Origin: Azolla caroliniana
Taxonomy: Eukaryota > Plantae > Polypodiophyta
Assembly: GCA_043228905.1 (NCBI GenBank)
Contig: JBHGNT010000006.1
Coordinates: 62,001-126,000 of the forward strand
Direction of reading: 5' to 3'
DNA length: 64,000 nt
The translations under genes and the position numbers were made by a program. The notes under the pieces were generated by a model. The model saw only the letters and a list, made by a program, of their open reading frames with translations. It was not told the DNA's origin and made no database searches. The number at the start of each line of letters is the position of its first letter. The first letter of the stretch is position 1. This document shows positions 1 through 13,400 of this stretch, one piece after another.

Positions 1-2049
1 AGGTATGAACATTTTTATTTACCTACTAGCTCTTCTGAACTCACTCCACAAATTTGGTAATTACGTCATGTCTCTCGAGCTGAGTTTCAAAATCTTGATT
101 TTTTAATTCTATATGATAGCTAGTATTGTTAGCTTCGATTCGCATGTTTGAATACAAAAATCCGATATCACACGAGCCAGGTACGAACATTTTAATTTAC
201 TCAAGGGCTCCTCTCAACTCACTCCTGAAATTTGGTAATTACGTCATGTCTCTCAACCTGAGTTTCAAAATCTTGATTTTTTAATTCTATATGATAGCTA
301 GCGTTGTTAGCTTCGATTTGCATGTTTGAACATAAAAATCCGATATCACACGAGCCAGGTATGAACATTTTTATTTACCTACTAGCTCTTCTCAACTCAA
401 TCCTCAAATTTGGTAATTTCGTCATGTCTCTCGACCTGAGTTTCAAAATCTTGATTTTTTAATTCTATATGATAGCTAGCGTTGTTAGCTTCGATTCGCA
501 TGTTTGAACACAAAAATCCGATATCACACGAGCCAGGTATAAACATTTTAATTTACCTACTAGCTCTTCTCAACTCAATCCTCAAATTTGATAATTTCGT
601 CATGTCTCTCGACCTGAGTTTCAAAATCTTGATTTTTTAATTCCATATCATAGCTAGCGTTGTTAGCTTCGATTCGCATGTTTGAACACAAATATCCGAT
701 ATCACACGAGCCAGGTATGAACATTTTAATTTACCTACTAGCTCTTCTCAACTCACTCCTCAAATTTGGTAATTTCTTCATGTCTCTCGACCTGAGTTTC
801 AAAATGTTGATTTTCTTATTCCATATCATAGCTAGCGTTGTTAGCTTCGATTCGCATGTTTGTACACAAAAATCCGATATCACACGAGCCAGGTATGAAC
901 ATTTTAATTTAGTCAAGCGCTCCTCTCAACTCACTGCTCAAATTTGGTAATTACGTCATGTCTCTCGACCTGAGTTTCAAAATCTTGATTTTTTAATTCT
1001 ATATGATAGCTAGCGTTGTTAGATTCGATTTGCATGTTTGAACACAAAAACCCGATATCACACGAGCCAGGTATGAACATTTTAATTTAGTCAAGCGCTC
1101 CTCTCAACTCACTCCTCAAATTTGGTAATTACGTCATGTCTCTCGACCTGAGTTTCAAAATCTTGATTTTTTAATTCCATATCATAGCTAGCGTTGTTAG
1201 CTTCGATTTGCATGTTTGAACACAAAAACCCGATATCACACGAGCCAGGTATGAACATTTTAATTTAGTCAAGCGCTCCTCTCAACTCACTGCTCAAATT
1301 TGGTAATTACGTCATGTCTCTCGACCTGAGTTTCAAAATCTTGATTTTTTAATTCTATATGATAGCTAGCGTTGTTAGATTCGATTTGCATGTTTGAACA
1401 CAAAAACCCGATATCACACGAGCCAGGTATGAACATTTTAATTTAGTCAAGCGCTCCTCTCAACTCACTCCTCAAATTTGGTAATTACGTCATGTCTCTC
1501 GACCTGAGTTTCAAAATCTTGATTTTTTAATTCTATATGATAGCTAGCGTTGTTAGCTTCGATTCGCATGTTTGAACATAAGAATCCGATATCATACGAG
1601 CCAGGTATGAACATTTTAATTTACCTACTAGCTCTTCTTAACTCAATCCTCAAATTTGGTAATTTCGTCATGTCTCTCGGCCTGAGTTTCAAAATCTTGA
1701 TTTTTTAATTCCATGTCATAGCTAGCGTTGTTAGCTTCGATTCGCATGTTTGTACACAGAAATCCGATATCACACGAGCCAGGTATGAACATTTTTATTT
1801 ACCTACTAGCTCTTCTGAACTCACTCCACAAATTTGGTAATTACGTCATGTCTCTCGAGCTGAGTTTCAAAATGTTGATTTTTTAATTCTATATGATAGC
1901 TAGCATTGTTAGCTTCGATTCGCATGTTTGAATACAAAAATCCGATATCACACGAGCCAGGTATGAACATTTTAATTTACTCAAGGACTCCTCTCAACTG
2001 ACTCCTCAAATTTGGTAATTACGTCATGTCTCTCGACTTGAGTTTCAAA

Positions 2050-5000
2050 ATCTTGATTTTTTAATTCCATATCATAGCTAGCGTTGTTAGCTTCGATTCG
2101 CATGTTTGAATATAAAAATCCGATGTCACACGAGCCAGGTATGAACATTTTAATTTACCTACTAGCTCTTCTCAACTCACTCCTCAAATTTGGTAATTTT
2201 GTCATGTCTCTCGACCTGAGTTTCAGAATCTTGATTTTTTAATTCCATATCATAGCTAGCGTTGTTAGCTTCGATTCGCATGTTTGAACACAAAAATCCG
2301 ATATCACACGAGCCAGGTATGAACATTTTAATTTACCTACTAGCTCTTCTCAACTCACTCCTCAAATTTGGTAATTTCTTCATGTCTCTCGACCTGAGTT
2401 TCAAAATGTTGATTTTCTTATTCCATATCATAGCTAGCGTTGTTAGCTTCGATTCGCATGTTTGAACACAAAAATCCGATATCACACGAGCCAGGTATGA
2501 ACAATTGAATTTACTTAAGGGCTCCTCTCAACTCACTCCTCAAATTTGGTAATTACGTCATGTCTCTCGAGCTGAGTTTCAAAATCTTGATTTTTTAATT
2601 CCATATCATAGCTACTAGCTCTTCTCAACTCACTCCTCAAATTTGGTAATTTTGTCATGTCTCTCGACCTGAGTTTCAGAATCTTGATTTTTTAATTCCA
2701 TATCATAGCTAGCGTTGTTAGCTTCGATTCGCATGTTTGAATATAAAAATCCGATGTCACACGAGCCAGGTATGAACATTTTAATTTACCTACTAGCTCT
2801 TCTCAACTCACTCCTCAAATTTGGTAATTTTGTCATGTCTCTCGACCTGAGTTTCAGAATCTTGATTTTTTAATTCCATATCATAGCTAGCGTTGTTAGC
2901 TTCGATTAGCATGTTTGTACACAAAAATCTGATATCACACGAGCCAGGTATGACCATTTTTATTTACCTACTAGCTCTTCTCAACTCACTCCTCAAATTT
3001 GGTAATTACATCATGTCTCTCGAGCTGAGTTTCAAAATCTTGATTTTTTAATTCTATATGATAGCTAGCATTGTTAGCTTCGATTCGCATGTTTGAATAC
3101 AAAAATCCGATATCACACGAGCCAGGTATGAACATTTTAATTTACTCAAGGACTCCTCTCAACTGACTCCTCAAATTTGGTAATTACGTCATGTCTCTCG
3201 ACTTGAGTTTCAAAATCTTGATTTTTTAATTCCATATCATAGCTAGCGTTGTTAGCTTCGATTTGCATGTTTGGACACAAATATCCGATATCACACGAGC
3301 CAGGTATGAACATTTTAATTTACTCAAGCGCTCCTCTCAACTCACTCCTCAAATTTGGTAATTACGTCATGTCTCTCGACCTGAGTTTCAAAATCTTGAT
3401 GTTTTAATTCCATATCATAGCTAGCGTTGTTAGCTTCGATTCGCATATTTAAACACAAAAATCCGATATCACACGAGCCAGGTATGAACATTTTAATTTA
3501 CCTACTAGCTCTTCTCAACTAACTCCTCAAATTTGGTAATTTCGTCATGTCTATCGACCTGAGTTTCAAAATCTTGATTTTTTAATTCCATATCATAGCT
3601 AGCGTTGTTAGCTTCGATTCGCATGTTTGAACACAAATATCCGATATCACACGAGCCAGGTATGAACATTTTTATTTACCTACTAGCTCTTCTTAACTCA
3701 CTCCTCAAATTTGGTAATTTCATCATGTCTCTCGACATGAGTTTCAAAATGTTGATTTTTTTATTCCATATCATAGCTATTGTTGTTAGCTTCGATTCGC
3801 ATGTTTGAACACAAAAATCCGATATCACACGAGCCAGGTATGAACATTTTAATTTACTTAAGGGCTCCTCTCAACTCACTCCTCAAATTTGGTAATTACG
3901 TCATGTCTCTCGACCTGAGTTTCAAAATCTTGATTTTTTAATTCTATATGATAGCTAGCGTTGTTAGCTTCGATTCGCATGTTTGAACACAAAAATCCGA
4001 TATCACACGAGCCAGGTATGAACATTTTAATTTACCTACTAGCTCTTCTCAACTCAATCCTCAAATTTGGTAATTTCGTCATGTCTCTCGACCTGAGTTT
4101 CAAAATCTTGATTTTTTAATTCCATATCATAGCTAGCGTTGTTAGCTTCGATTCGCATGTTTGTACACAAAAATATGATATCACACGAGCCAGGTATGAA
4201 CATTTTAATTTACCTACTAGCTCTTCTCAACTCACTCCTCAAATTTGGTAATTACGTCATGTCTCTCGAGCTGATTTTCAAAATCTTGATTTTTTAATTC
4301 TATATGATAGCTAGCATTGTTAGCTTCCATTCGCATGTTTGAATACAAAAATCCGATATCACACGAGCCAGGTATGAACATTTTAATTTACTCAAGGACT
4401 CCTCTCAACTGACTCCTCAAATTTGGTAATTTCGTCATGTCTCTCGACCTGAGTTTCAGAATCTTGATTTTTTAATTCCATATCATAGCTAGCGTTGTTA
4501 GCTTCGATTCGCATGTTTGAATATAAAAATCCGATGTCACACGAGCCAGGTATGAACATTTTAATTTACCTACTAGCTCTTCTCAACTCACTCCTCAAAT
4601 TTGGTAATTTTGTCATGTCTCTCGACCTGAGTTTCAAAATCTTGATTTTTTAATTCTATATGATAGCTAGCGTTGTTAGCTTCGATTCGCATGTTTGAAC
4701 ACAAAAATCCGATATCACACGAGCCAGGTATGAACATTTTTATTTACCTACTAGCTCTTCTCAACTCAATCCTCAAATTTGGAAATTTCGTCATGTCTCT
4801 CGACCTGAGTTTCAAAATCTTGATTTTTTAATTCCATATCATAGCTAGCGTTGTTAGCTTCGATTCGCATGTTTGTACTCAAAAATCCGATGTCACACGA
4901 GCCAGGTATGAACATTTTTATTTACCTACTAGCTCTTCTCAACTCAATCCTCAAATTTGGTAATTTCGTCATGTCTCTCGACCTGAGTTTCAAAATCTTG

Positions 5001-8000
5001 ATTTTTTAATTCCATATCATAGCTAGCGTTGTTAGCTTCGATTCGCATGTTTGTACACAAAAATCCGATATCACACGAGCCAGGTATGAACATTTTTATT
5101 TACCTACTAGCTCTTCTTAACTCACTCCTCAAATTTGGTAATTTCTTCATGTCTCTCGACATGAGTTTCAAAATGTTGATTTTTTTATTCCATATCATAG
5201 CTATTGTTGTTAGCTTCGATTCGCATGTTTGAACACAAAAATCCGATATCACACGAGCCAGGTATGAACATTTTAATTTACTTAAGGGCTCCTCTCAACT
5301 CACTCCTCAAATTTGGTAATTACGTCATGTCTCTCGACCTGAGTTTCAAAATCTTGATTTTTTAATTCTATATGATAGCTAGCGTTGTTAGCTTCGATTC
5401 GCATGTTTGAACACAAAAATCCGATATCACACGAGCCAGGTATGAACATTTTAATTTACCTACTAGCTCTTCTCAACTCAATCCTCAAATTTGGTAATTT
5501 CGTCATGTCTCTCGACCTGAGTTTCAAAATCTTGATTTTTTAATTCCATATCATAGCTAGCGTTGTTAGCTTCGATTCGCATGTTTGTACACAAAAATCT
5601 GATATCACACGAGCCAGGTATGAACATTTTAATTTACCTACTAGCTCTTCTCAACTCACTCCTCAAATTTGGTAATTACGTCATGTCTCTCGAGCTGATT
5701 TTCAAAATCTTGATTTTTTAATTCTATATGATAGCTAGCATTGTTAGCTTCCATTCGCATGTTTGAATACAAAAATCCGATATCGCACGAGCCAGGTATG
5801 AACATTTTAATTTACTCAAGGACTCCTCTCAACTGACTCCTCAAATTTGGTAATTTCGTCATGTCTCTCGACCTGAGTTTCAGAATCTTGATTTTTTAAT
5901 TCCATATCATAGCTAGCGTTGTTAGCTTCGATTCGCATGTTTGAATATAAAAATCCGATGTCACACGAGCCAGGTATGAACATTTTAATTTACCTACTAG
6001 CTCTTCTCAACTCACTCCTCAAATTTGGTAATTTTGTCATGTCTCTCGACCTGAGTTTCAGAATCTTGATTTTTTAATTCCATATCATAGCTAGCGTTGT
6101 TAGCTTCGATTCGCATGTTTGAACACAAAAATCCGATATCACACGAGCCAGGTATGAACATTTTAATTTACCTACTAGCTCTTCTCAACTCACTCCTCAA
6201 ATTTGGTAATTTCTTCATGTCTCTCGACCTGAGTTTCAAAATGTTGATTTTCTTATTCCATATCATAGCTAGCGTTGTTAGCTTCGATTCGCATGTTTGA
6301 ACACAAAAATCCGATATCACACGAGCCAGGTATGAACAATTGAATTTACTTAAGGGCTCCTCTCAACTCACTCCTCAAATTTGGTAATTACGTCATGTCT
6401 CTCGACCTGAGTTTCAAAATCTTGATTTTTTAATTCTATATGATAGCTAGCGTTGTTAGCTTCGATTCGCATGTTTGAACACAAAAATCCGATATCACAC
6501 GAGCCAGGTATGAACATTTTAATTTACCTACTAGCTCTTCTCAACTCAATCCTCAAATTTGGAAATTTCGTCATGTCTCTCGACCTGAGTTTCAAAATCT
6601 TGATTTTTTAATTCCATATCATAGCTAGCGTTGTTAGCTTCGATTAGCATGTTTGTACACAAAAATCTGATATCACACGAGCCAGGTATGACCATTTTTA
6701 TTTACCTACTAGCTCTTCTCAACTCACTCCTCAAATTTGGTAATTACATCATGTCTCTCGAGCTGAGTTTCAAAATCTTGATTTTTTAATTCTATATGAT
6801 AGCTAGCATTGGTAGCTTCGATTCGCATGTTTGAATACAAAAATCCGATATCACACGAGCCAGGTATGAACATTTTAATTTACTCAAGGACTCCTCTCAA
6901 CTGACTCCTCAAATTTGGTAATTACGTCATGTCTCTCGACTTGAGTTTCAAAATCTTGATTTTTTAATTCCATATCATAGCTAGCGTTGTTAGCTTCGAT
7001 TTGCATGTTTGAACACAAATATCCGATATCACACGAGCCAGGTATGAACATTTTAATTTACTCAAGCGCTCCTCTCAACTCACTCCTCAAATTTGGTAAT
7101 TACGTCATGTCTCTCGACCTGAGTTTCAAAATCTTGATGTTTTAATTCCATATCATAGCTAGCGTTGTTAGCTTCGATTCGCATGTTTAAACACAAAAAT
7201 CCGATATCACACGAGCCAGGTATGAACATTTTTATTTACCTACTAGCTCTTCTCAACTAACTCCTCAAATTTGGTAATTTCGTCATGTCTATCGACCTGA
7301 GTTTCAAAATCTTGATTTTTTAATTCCATATCATAGCTAGCGTTGTTAGCTTCGATTCGCATGTTTGAACACAAATATCCGATATCACACGAGCCAGGTA
7401 TGAACATTTTTATTTACCTACTAGCTCTTCTTAACTCACTCCTCAAATTTGGTAATTTCATCATGTCTCTCGACATGAGTTTCAAAATGTTGATTTTTTT
7501 ATTCCATATCATAGCTATTGTTGTTAGCTTCGATTCGCATGTTTGAACACAAAAATCCGATATCACACGAGCCAGGTATGAACATTTTAATTTACTTAAG
7601 GGCTCCTCTCAACTCACTCCTCAAATTTGGTAATTACGTCATGTCTCTCGACCTGAGTTTCAAAATCTTGATTTTTTAATTCTATATGATAGCTAGCGTT
7701 GTTAGCTTCGATTCGCATGTTTGAACACAAAAATCCGATATCACACGAGCCAGGTATGAACATTTTAATTTACCTACTAGCTCTTCTCAACTCAATCCTC
7801 AAATTTGGTAATTTCGTCATGTCTCTCGACCTGAGTTTCAAAATCTTGATTTTTTAATTCCATATCATAGCTAGCGTTGTTAGCTTCGATTCGCATGTTT
7901 GTACACAAAAATATGATATCACACGAGCCAGGTATGAACATTTTAATTTACCTACTAGCTCTTCTCAACTCACTCCTCAAATTTGGTAATTACGTCATGT

Positions 8001-9683
8001 CTCTCGAGCTGATTTTCAAAATCTTGATTTTTTAATTCTATATGATAGCTAGCATTGTTAGCTTCCATTCGCATGTTTGAATACAAAAATCCGATATCAC
8101 ACGAGCCAGGTATGAACATTTTAATTTACTCAAGGACTCCTCTCAACTGACTCCTCAAATTTGGTAATTTCGTCATGTCTCTCGACCTGAGTTTCAGAAT
8201 CTTGATTTTTTAATTCCATATCATAGCTAGCGTTGTTAGCTTCGATTCGCATGTTTGAATATAAAAATCCGATGTCACACGAGCCAGGTATGAACATTTT
8301 AATTTACCTACTAGCTCTTCTCAACTCACTCCTCAAATTTGGTAATTTTGTCATGTCTCTCGACCTGAGTTTCAAAATCTTGATTTTTTAATTCTATATG
8401 ATAGCTAGCGTTGTTAGCTTCGATTCGCATGTTTGAACACAAAAATCCGATATCACACGAGCCAGGTATGAACATTTTTATTTACCTACTAGCTCTTCTC
8501 AACTCAATCCTCAAATTTGGAAATTTCGTCATGTCTCTCGACCTGAGTTTCAAAATCTTGATTTTTTAATTCCATATCATAGCTAGCGTTGTTAGCTTCG
8601 ATTCGCATGTTTGTACTCAAAAATCCGATGTCACACGAGCCACGTATGAACATTTTTATTTACCTACTAGCTCTTCTCAACTCAATCCTCAAATTTGGTA
8701 ATTTCGTCATGTCTCTCGACCTGAGTTTCAAAATCTTGATTTTTTAATTCCATATCATAGCTAGCGTTGTTAGCTTCGATTCGCATGTTTGTACACAAAA
8801 ATCCGATATCACACGAGCCAGGTATGAACATTTTTATTTACCTACTAGCTCTTCTTAACTCACTCCTCAAATTTGGTAATTTCTTCATGTCTCTCGACAT
8901 GAGTTTCAAAATGTTGATTTTTTAATTCCATATCATAGCTATTGTTGTTAGCTTCGATTCGCATGTTTGAACACAAAAATCCGATATCACACGAGCCAGG
9001 TATGAACATTTTAATTTACTTAAGGGCTCCTCTCAACTCACTCCTCAAATTTGGTAATTACGTCATGTCTCTCGACCTGAGTTTCAAAATCTTGATTTTT
9101 TAATTCTATATGATAGCTAGCGTTGTTAGCTTCGATTCGCATGTTTGAACACAAAAATCCGATATCACACGAGCCAGGTATGAACATTTTAATTTACCTA
9201 CTAGCTCTTCTCAACTCAATCCTCAAATTTGGTAATTTCGTCATGTCTCTCGACCTGAGTTTCAAAATCTTGATTTTTTAATTCCATATCATAGCTAGCG
9301 TTGTTAGCTTCGATTCGCATGTTTGTACACAAAAATCTGATATCACACGAGCCAGGTATGAACATTTTAATTTACCTACTAGCTCTTCTCAACTCACTCC
9401 TCAAATTTGGTAATTACGTCATGTCTCTCGAGCTGATTTTCAAAATCTTGATTTTTTAATTCTATATGATAGCTAGCATTGTTAGCTTCCATTCGCATGT
9501 TTGAATACAAAAATCCGATATCACACGAGCCAGGTATGAACATTTTAATTTACTCAAGGACTCCTCTCAACTGACTCCTCAAATTTGGTAATTTCGTCAT
9601 GTCTCTCGACCTGAGTTTCAGAATCTTGATTTTTTAATTCCATATCATAGCTAGCGTTGTTAGCTTCGATTCGCATGTTTGAA
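2050..9683 (+). repeat. Higher-order tandem duplication, 21 monomers (period 3738 bp), 2 copies; the first copy carries a local rearrangement
   Basis: Rare variants paired 3738 bp apart: aaatatgata ~4171/7909, ttgtactc ~4873/8611, cttgatgttt ~3395/7133; ORFs 3605/7343. Upstream of the 2612 junction the offset is 3835 (gaacaattgaat in monomers starting 2493/6328). Several SNPs separate the copies. Confidence 0.85.
2612..2614. other. Out-of-register junction (net -81 bp) at a 3-bp CTA microhomology
   Basis: ccatatcatag-CTA-ctagctcttctc joins monomer positions 120-122 to positions 23-25. ORF spacing 2262 to 3605 = 8x178-81. Confidence 0.95.
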
Positions 9684-10435
9684 CACAAAAATCCAATATC
9701 ACACGAGCCAGGTATGAAAATTTTTATTTACCTACTAGCTCTTCTCAACTGACTCCTCAAATTTGGTAATTTCGTCATGTCTCTCGACCTGAGTTTCAAA
9801 ATCTTGATTTTTTAATTCTATATGATAGCTAGCGTTGTTAGCTTTGATTCGCATGTTTGAACACAAAAATCCGATATCACACGAGCCAGGTATGAACATT
9901 TTAATTTACCTACTAGCTCTTCTCAACTCACTCCTCAAATTTGGTAATTACGTCATGTCTCTCGAGCTGGTTTTCAAAATCTTGATTTTTTAATTCTATA
10001 TGATAGCTAGCATTGTTAGCTTCCATTCGCATGTTTGAATACAAAAATCCGATATCACACGAGCCAGGTATGAACATTTTAATTTACTCAAGGACTCCTC
10101 TCAACTGACTCCTCAAATTTGGTAATTTCGTCATGTCTCTCGACCTGAGTTTCAGAATCTTGATTTTTTAATTCCATATCATAGCTAGCGTTGTTAGCTT
10201 CGATTCGCATGTTTGAACACAAAAATCCAATATCACACGAGCCAGGTATGAAAATTTTTATTTACCTACTAGCTCTTCTCAACTGACTCCTCAAATTTGG
10301 TAATTTCGTCATGTCTCTCGACCTGAGTTTCAAAATCTTGATTTTTTAATTCTATATGATAGCTAGCGTTGTTAGCTTTGATTCGCATGTTTGAACACAA
10401 AAATCCGATATCACACGAGCCAGGTATGAACATTT
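9340..10435 (+). repeat. 3-monomer tandem duplication (period 534 bp)
   Basis: Rare variants atccaatatc (9691/10225), tatgaaaattttt and gctttgattc (9841/10375) are repeated 534 bp apart. Confidence 0.88.
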
Positions 10436-13400
10436 TTATTTACCTACTAGCTCTTCTCAACTCAATCCTCAAATTTGGAAATTTCGTCATGTCTCTCGAC
10501 CTGAGTTTCAAAATCTTGATTTTTTAATTCCATATCATAGCTAGCGTTGTTAGCTTCGATTCGCATGTTTGTACACAGAAATCTGATATCACACGAGCCA
10601 GGTATGAACATTTTTATTTACCTACTAGCTCTTCTCAACTCACTCCTCAAATTTGGTAATTACGTCATGTCTCTCGAGCTGAGTTTCAAAATCTTGATTT
10701 TTTAATTCTATATGATAGCTAGCATTGTTAGCTTCGAATCGCATGTTTGAATACAAAAATCCGATATCACACGAGCCAGGTATGAACATTTTAATTTACT
10801 CAAGGACTCCTCTCAACTGACTCCTCAAATTTGGTAATTACGTCATGTCTCTCGACCTGAGTTTCAAAATCTTGATTTTTTAATTCTATATGATAGCTAG
10901 CGTTGTTAGCTTCGATTCGCATGTTTGAACACAAAAATCCGATATCACACGAGCCAGGTATGAACATTTTAATTTACCTACTAGCTCTTCTCAACTCACT
11001 CCTCAAATTTGGTAATTTCTTCATGTCTCTCGACCTGAGTTTCAAAATGTTGATTTTCTTATTCCATATCATAGCTAGCGTTGTTAGCTTCGATTCGCAT
11101 GTTTGAACACAAAAATCCGATATCACACGAGCCAGGTATGAACATTTTAATTTACTTAAGGACTCCTCTCAACTCACTCCTCAAATTTGGTAATTACGTC
11201 ATGTCTCTCGACCTGAGTTTCAAAATCTTGATTTTTTAATTCTATATGATAGCTAGCGTTGTTAGCTTCGATTCGCATGTTTGAACACAAAAATCCGATA
11301 TCACACGAGCCAGGTATGAACATTTTAATTTACCTACTAGCTCTTCTCAACTCAATCCTCAAATTTGGTAATTTCGTCATGTCTCTCGACCTGAGTTTCA
11401 AAATCTTGATTTTTTAATTCCATATCATAGCTAGCGTTGTTAGCTTCGATTCGCATGTTTGTACACAAAAATCTGATATCACACGAGCCAGGTATGAACA
11501 TTTTTATTTACCTACTAGCTCTTCTCAACTCACTCCTCAAATTTGGTAATTACGTCATGTCTCTCGAGCTGAGTTTCAAAATCTTGATTTTTTAATTCTA
11601 TATGATAGCTAGCATTGTTAGCTTCGATTCGCAGGTTTGAATACAAAAATCCGATATCACACGAGCCAGGTATGAACATTTTAATTTACTCAAGGACTCC
11701 TCTCAACTGACTCCTCAAATTTGGTAATTACGTCATGTCTCTCGACCTGAGTTTCAAAATCTTGATTTTTTAATTCCATATCATAGCTAGCGTTGTTAGC
11801 TTCGATTCGCATGTTTGTACACAAAAATCCGATATCACACGAGCCAGGTATGAACATTTTTATTTACCTACTAGCTCTTCTTAACTCACTACTCAAATTT
11901 GGTAATTTCTTCATGTCTCTCGACATGAGTTTCAAAATGTTGATTTTTTTATTCCATATCATAGCTATTGTTGTTAGCTTCGATTCGCATGTTTGAACAC
12001 AAAAATCCGATATCACACGAGCCAGGTATGAACATTTTAATTTACCTACTAGCTCTTCTCAACTAACTCCTCAAATTTGGTAATTTCGTCATGTCTATCG
12101 ACCTGAGTTTCAAAATCTTGATTTTTTAATTCCATATCATAGCTAGCGTTGTTAGCTTCGATTCGCATGTTTGTACACAAAAATCCGATATCACACGAGC
12201 CAGGTATAAACATTTTTATTTACCTACTAGCTCTTCTTAACTCACTCCTCAAATTTGGTAATTTCTTCATGTCTCTCGACATGAGTTTCAAAATGTTGAT
12301 TTTTTTATTCCATATCATAGCTAGTGTTGTTAGCTTCGATTCGCATGTTTGAACACAAAAATCCGATATCACACGAGCCAGGTATGAACATTTTAATTTA
12401 CTTAAGGGCTCCTCTCAACTCACTCCTCAAATTTGGTAATTACGTCATGTCTCTCGACCTGAGTTTCAAAATCTTGATTTTTTAATTCTATATGATAGCT
12501 AGCGTTGTTAGCTTCGATTCGCATGTTTGAACACAAAAATCAGATATCACACGAGCCAGGTATGAACATTTTAATTTACCTACTAGCTCTTCTCAACTCA
12601 ATCCTCAAATTTGGTAATTTCGTCATGTCTCTCGACCTGAGTTTCAAAATCTTGATTTTTTAATTCCATATCATAGCTAGCGTTGTTAGCTTCGATTCGC
12701 ATGTTTGTACACAAAAATCTGATATCACACATGCCAGGTATGAACATTTTTATTTACCTACTAGCTCTTCTCAACTCACTCCTCAAATTTGGTAATTACG
12801 TCATGTCTCTCGAGCTGATTTTCAAAATCTTGATTTTTTAATTCTATATGATAGCTAGCATTGTTAGCTTCCATTCGCATGTTTGAATACAAAAATCCGA
12901 TATCACACGAGCCAGGTATGAACATTTTAATTTACTCAAGGACTCCTCTCAACTGACTCCTCAAATTTGGTAATTTCGTCATGTCTCTCGACCTGAGTTT
13001 CAGAATCTTGATTTTTTAATTCTATATGATAGCTAGCGTTGTTAGCTTCGATTCGCATGTTTGAACACAAAAATCCGATATCACACGAGCCAGGTATGAA
13101 CATTTTTATTTACCTACTAGCTCTTCTCAACTCAATCCTCAAATTTGGAAATTTCGTCATGTCTCTCGACCTGAGTTTCAAAATCTTGATTTTTTAATTC
13201 CATATCATAGCTAGCATTGTTAGCTTCGATTCGCATGTTTGTACACAGAAATCTGATATCACACGAGCCAGGTATGAACATTTTTATTTACCTACTAGCT
13301 CTTCTCAACTCACTCCTCAAATTTGGTAATTACGTCATGTCTCTCGAGCTGAGTTTCAAAATCTTGATTTTTTAATTCTATATGATAGCTAGCATTGTTA

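Noticed and set aside
117-145. tRNA/SINE-like Pol III B-box (cttcgattc vs GTTCGANNC), or a 5S rDNA-type array
   Set aside because: The first base mismatches, no properly spaced A-box is present, and I see no cloverleaf or 5S similarity.
133-149. CENP-B box
   Set aside because: Only the TTCG part matches; the required A and CGGG of TTCGNNNNANNCGGG are absent.
1-178. Identity with Arabidopsis CEN178/CEN180
   Set aside because: The length matches, but I see no similarity to that consensus as I recall it; a BLAST search would settle it.
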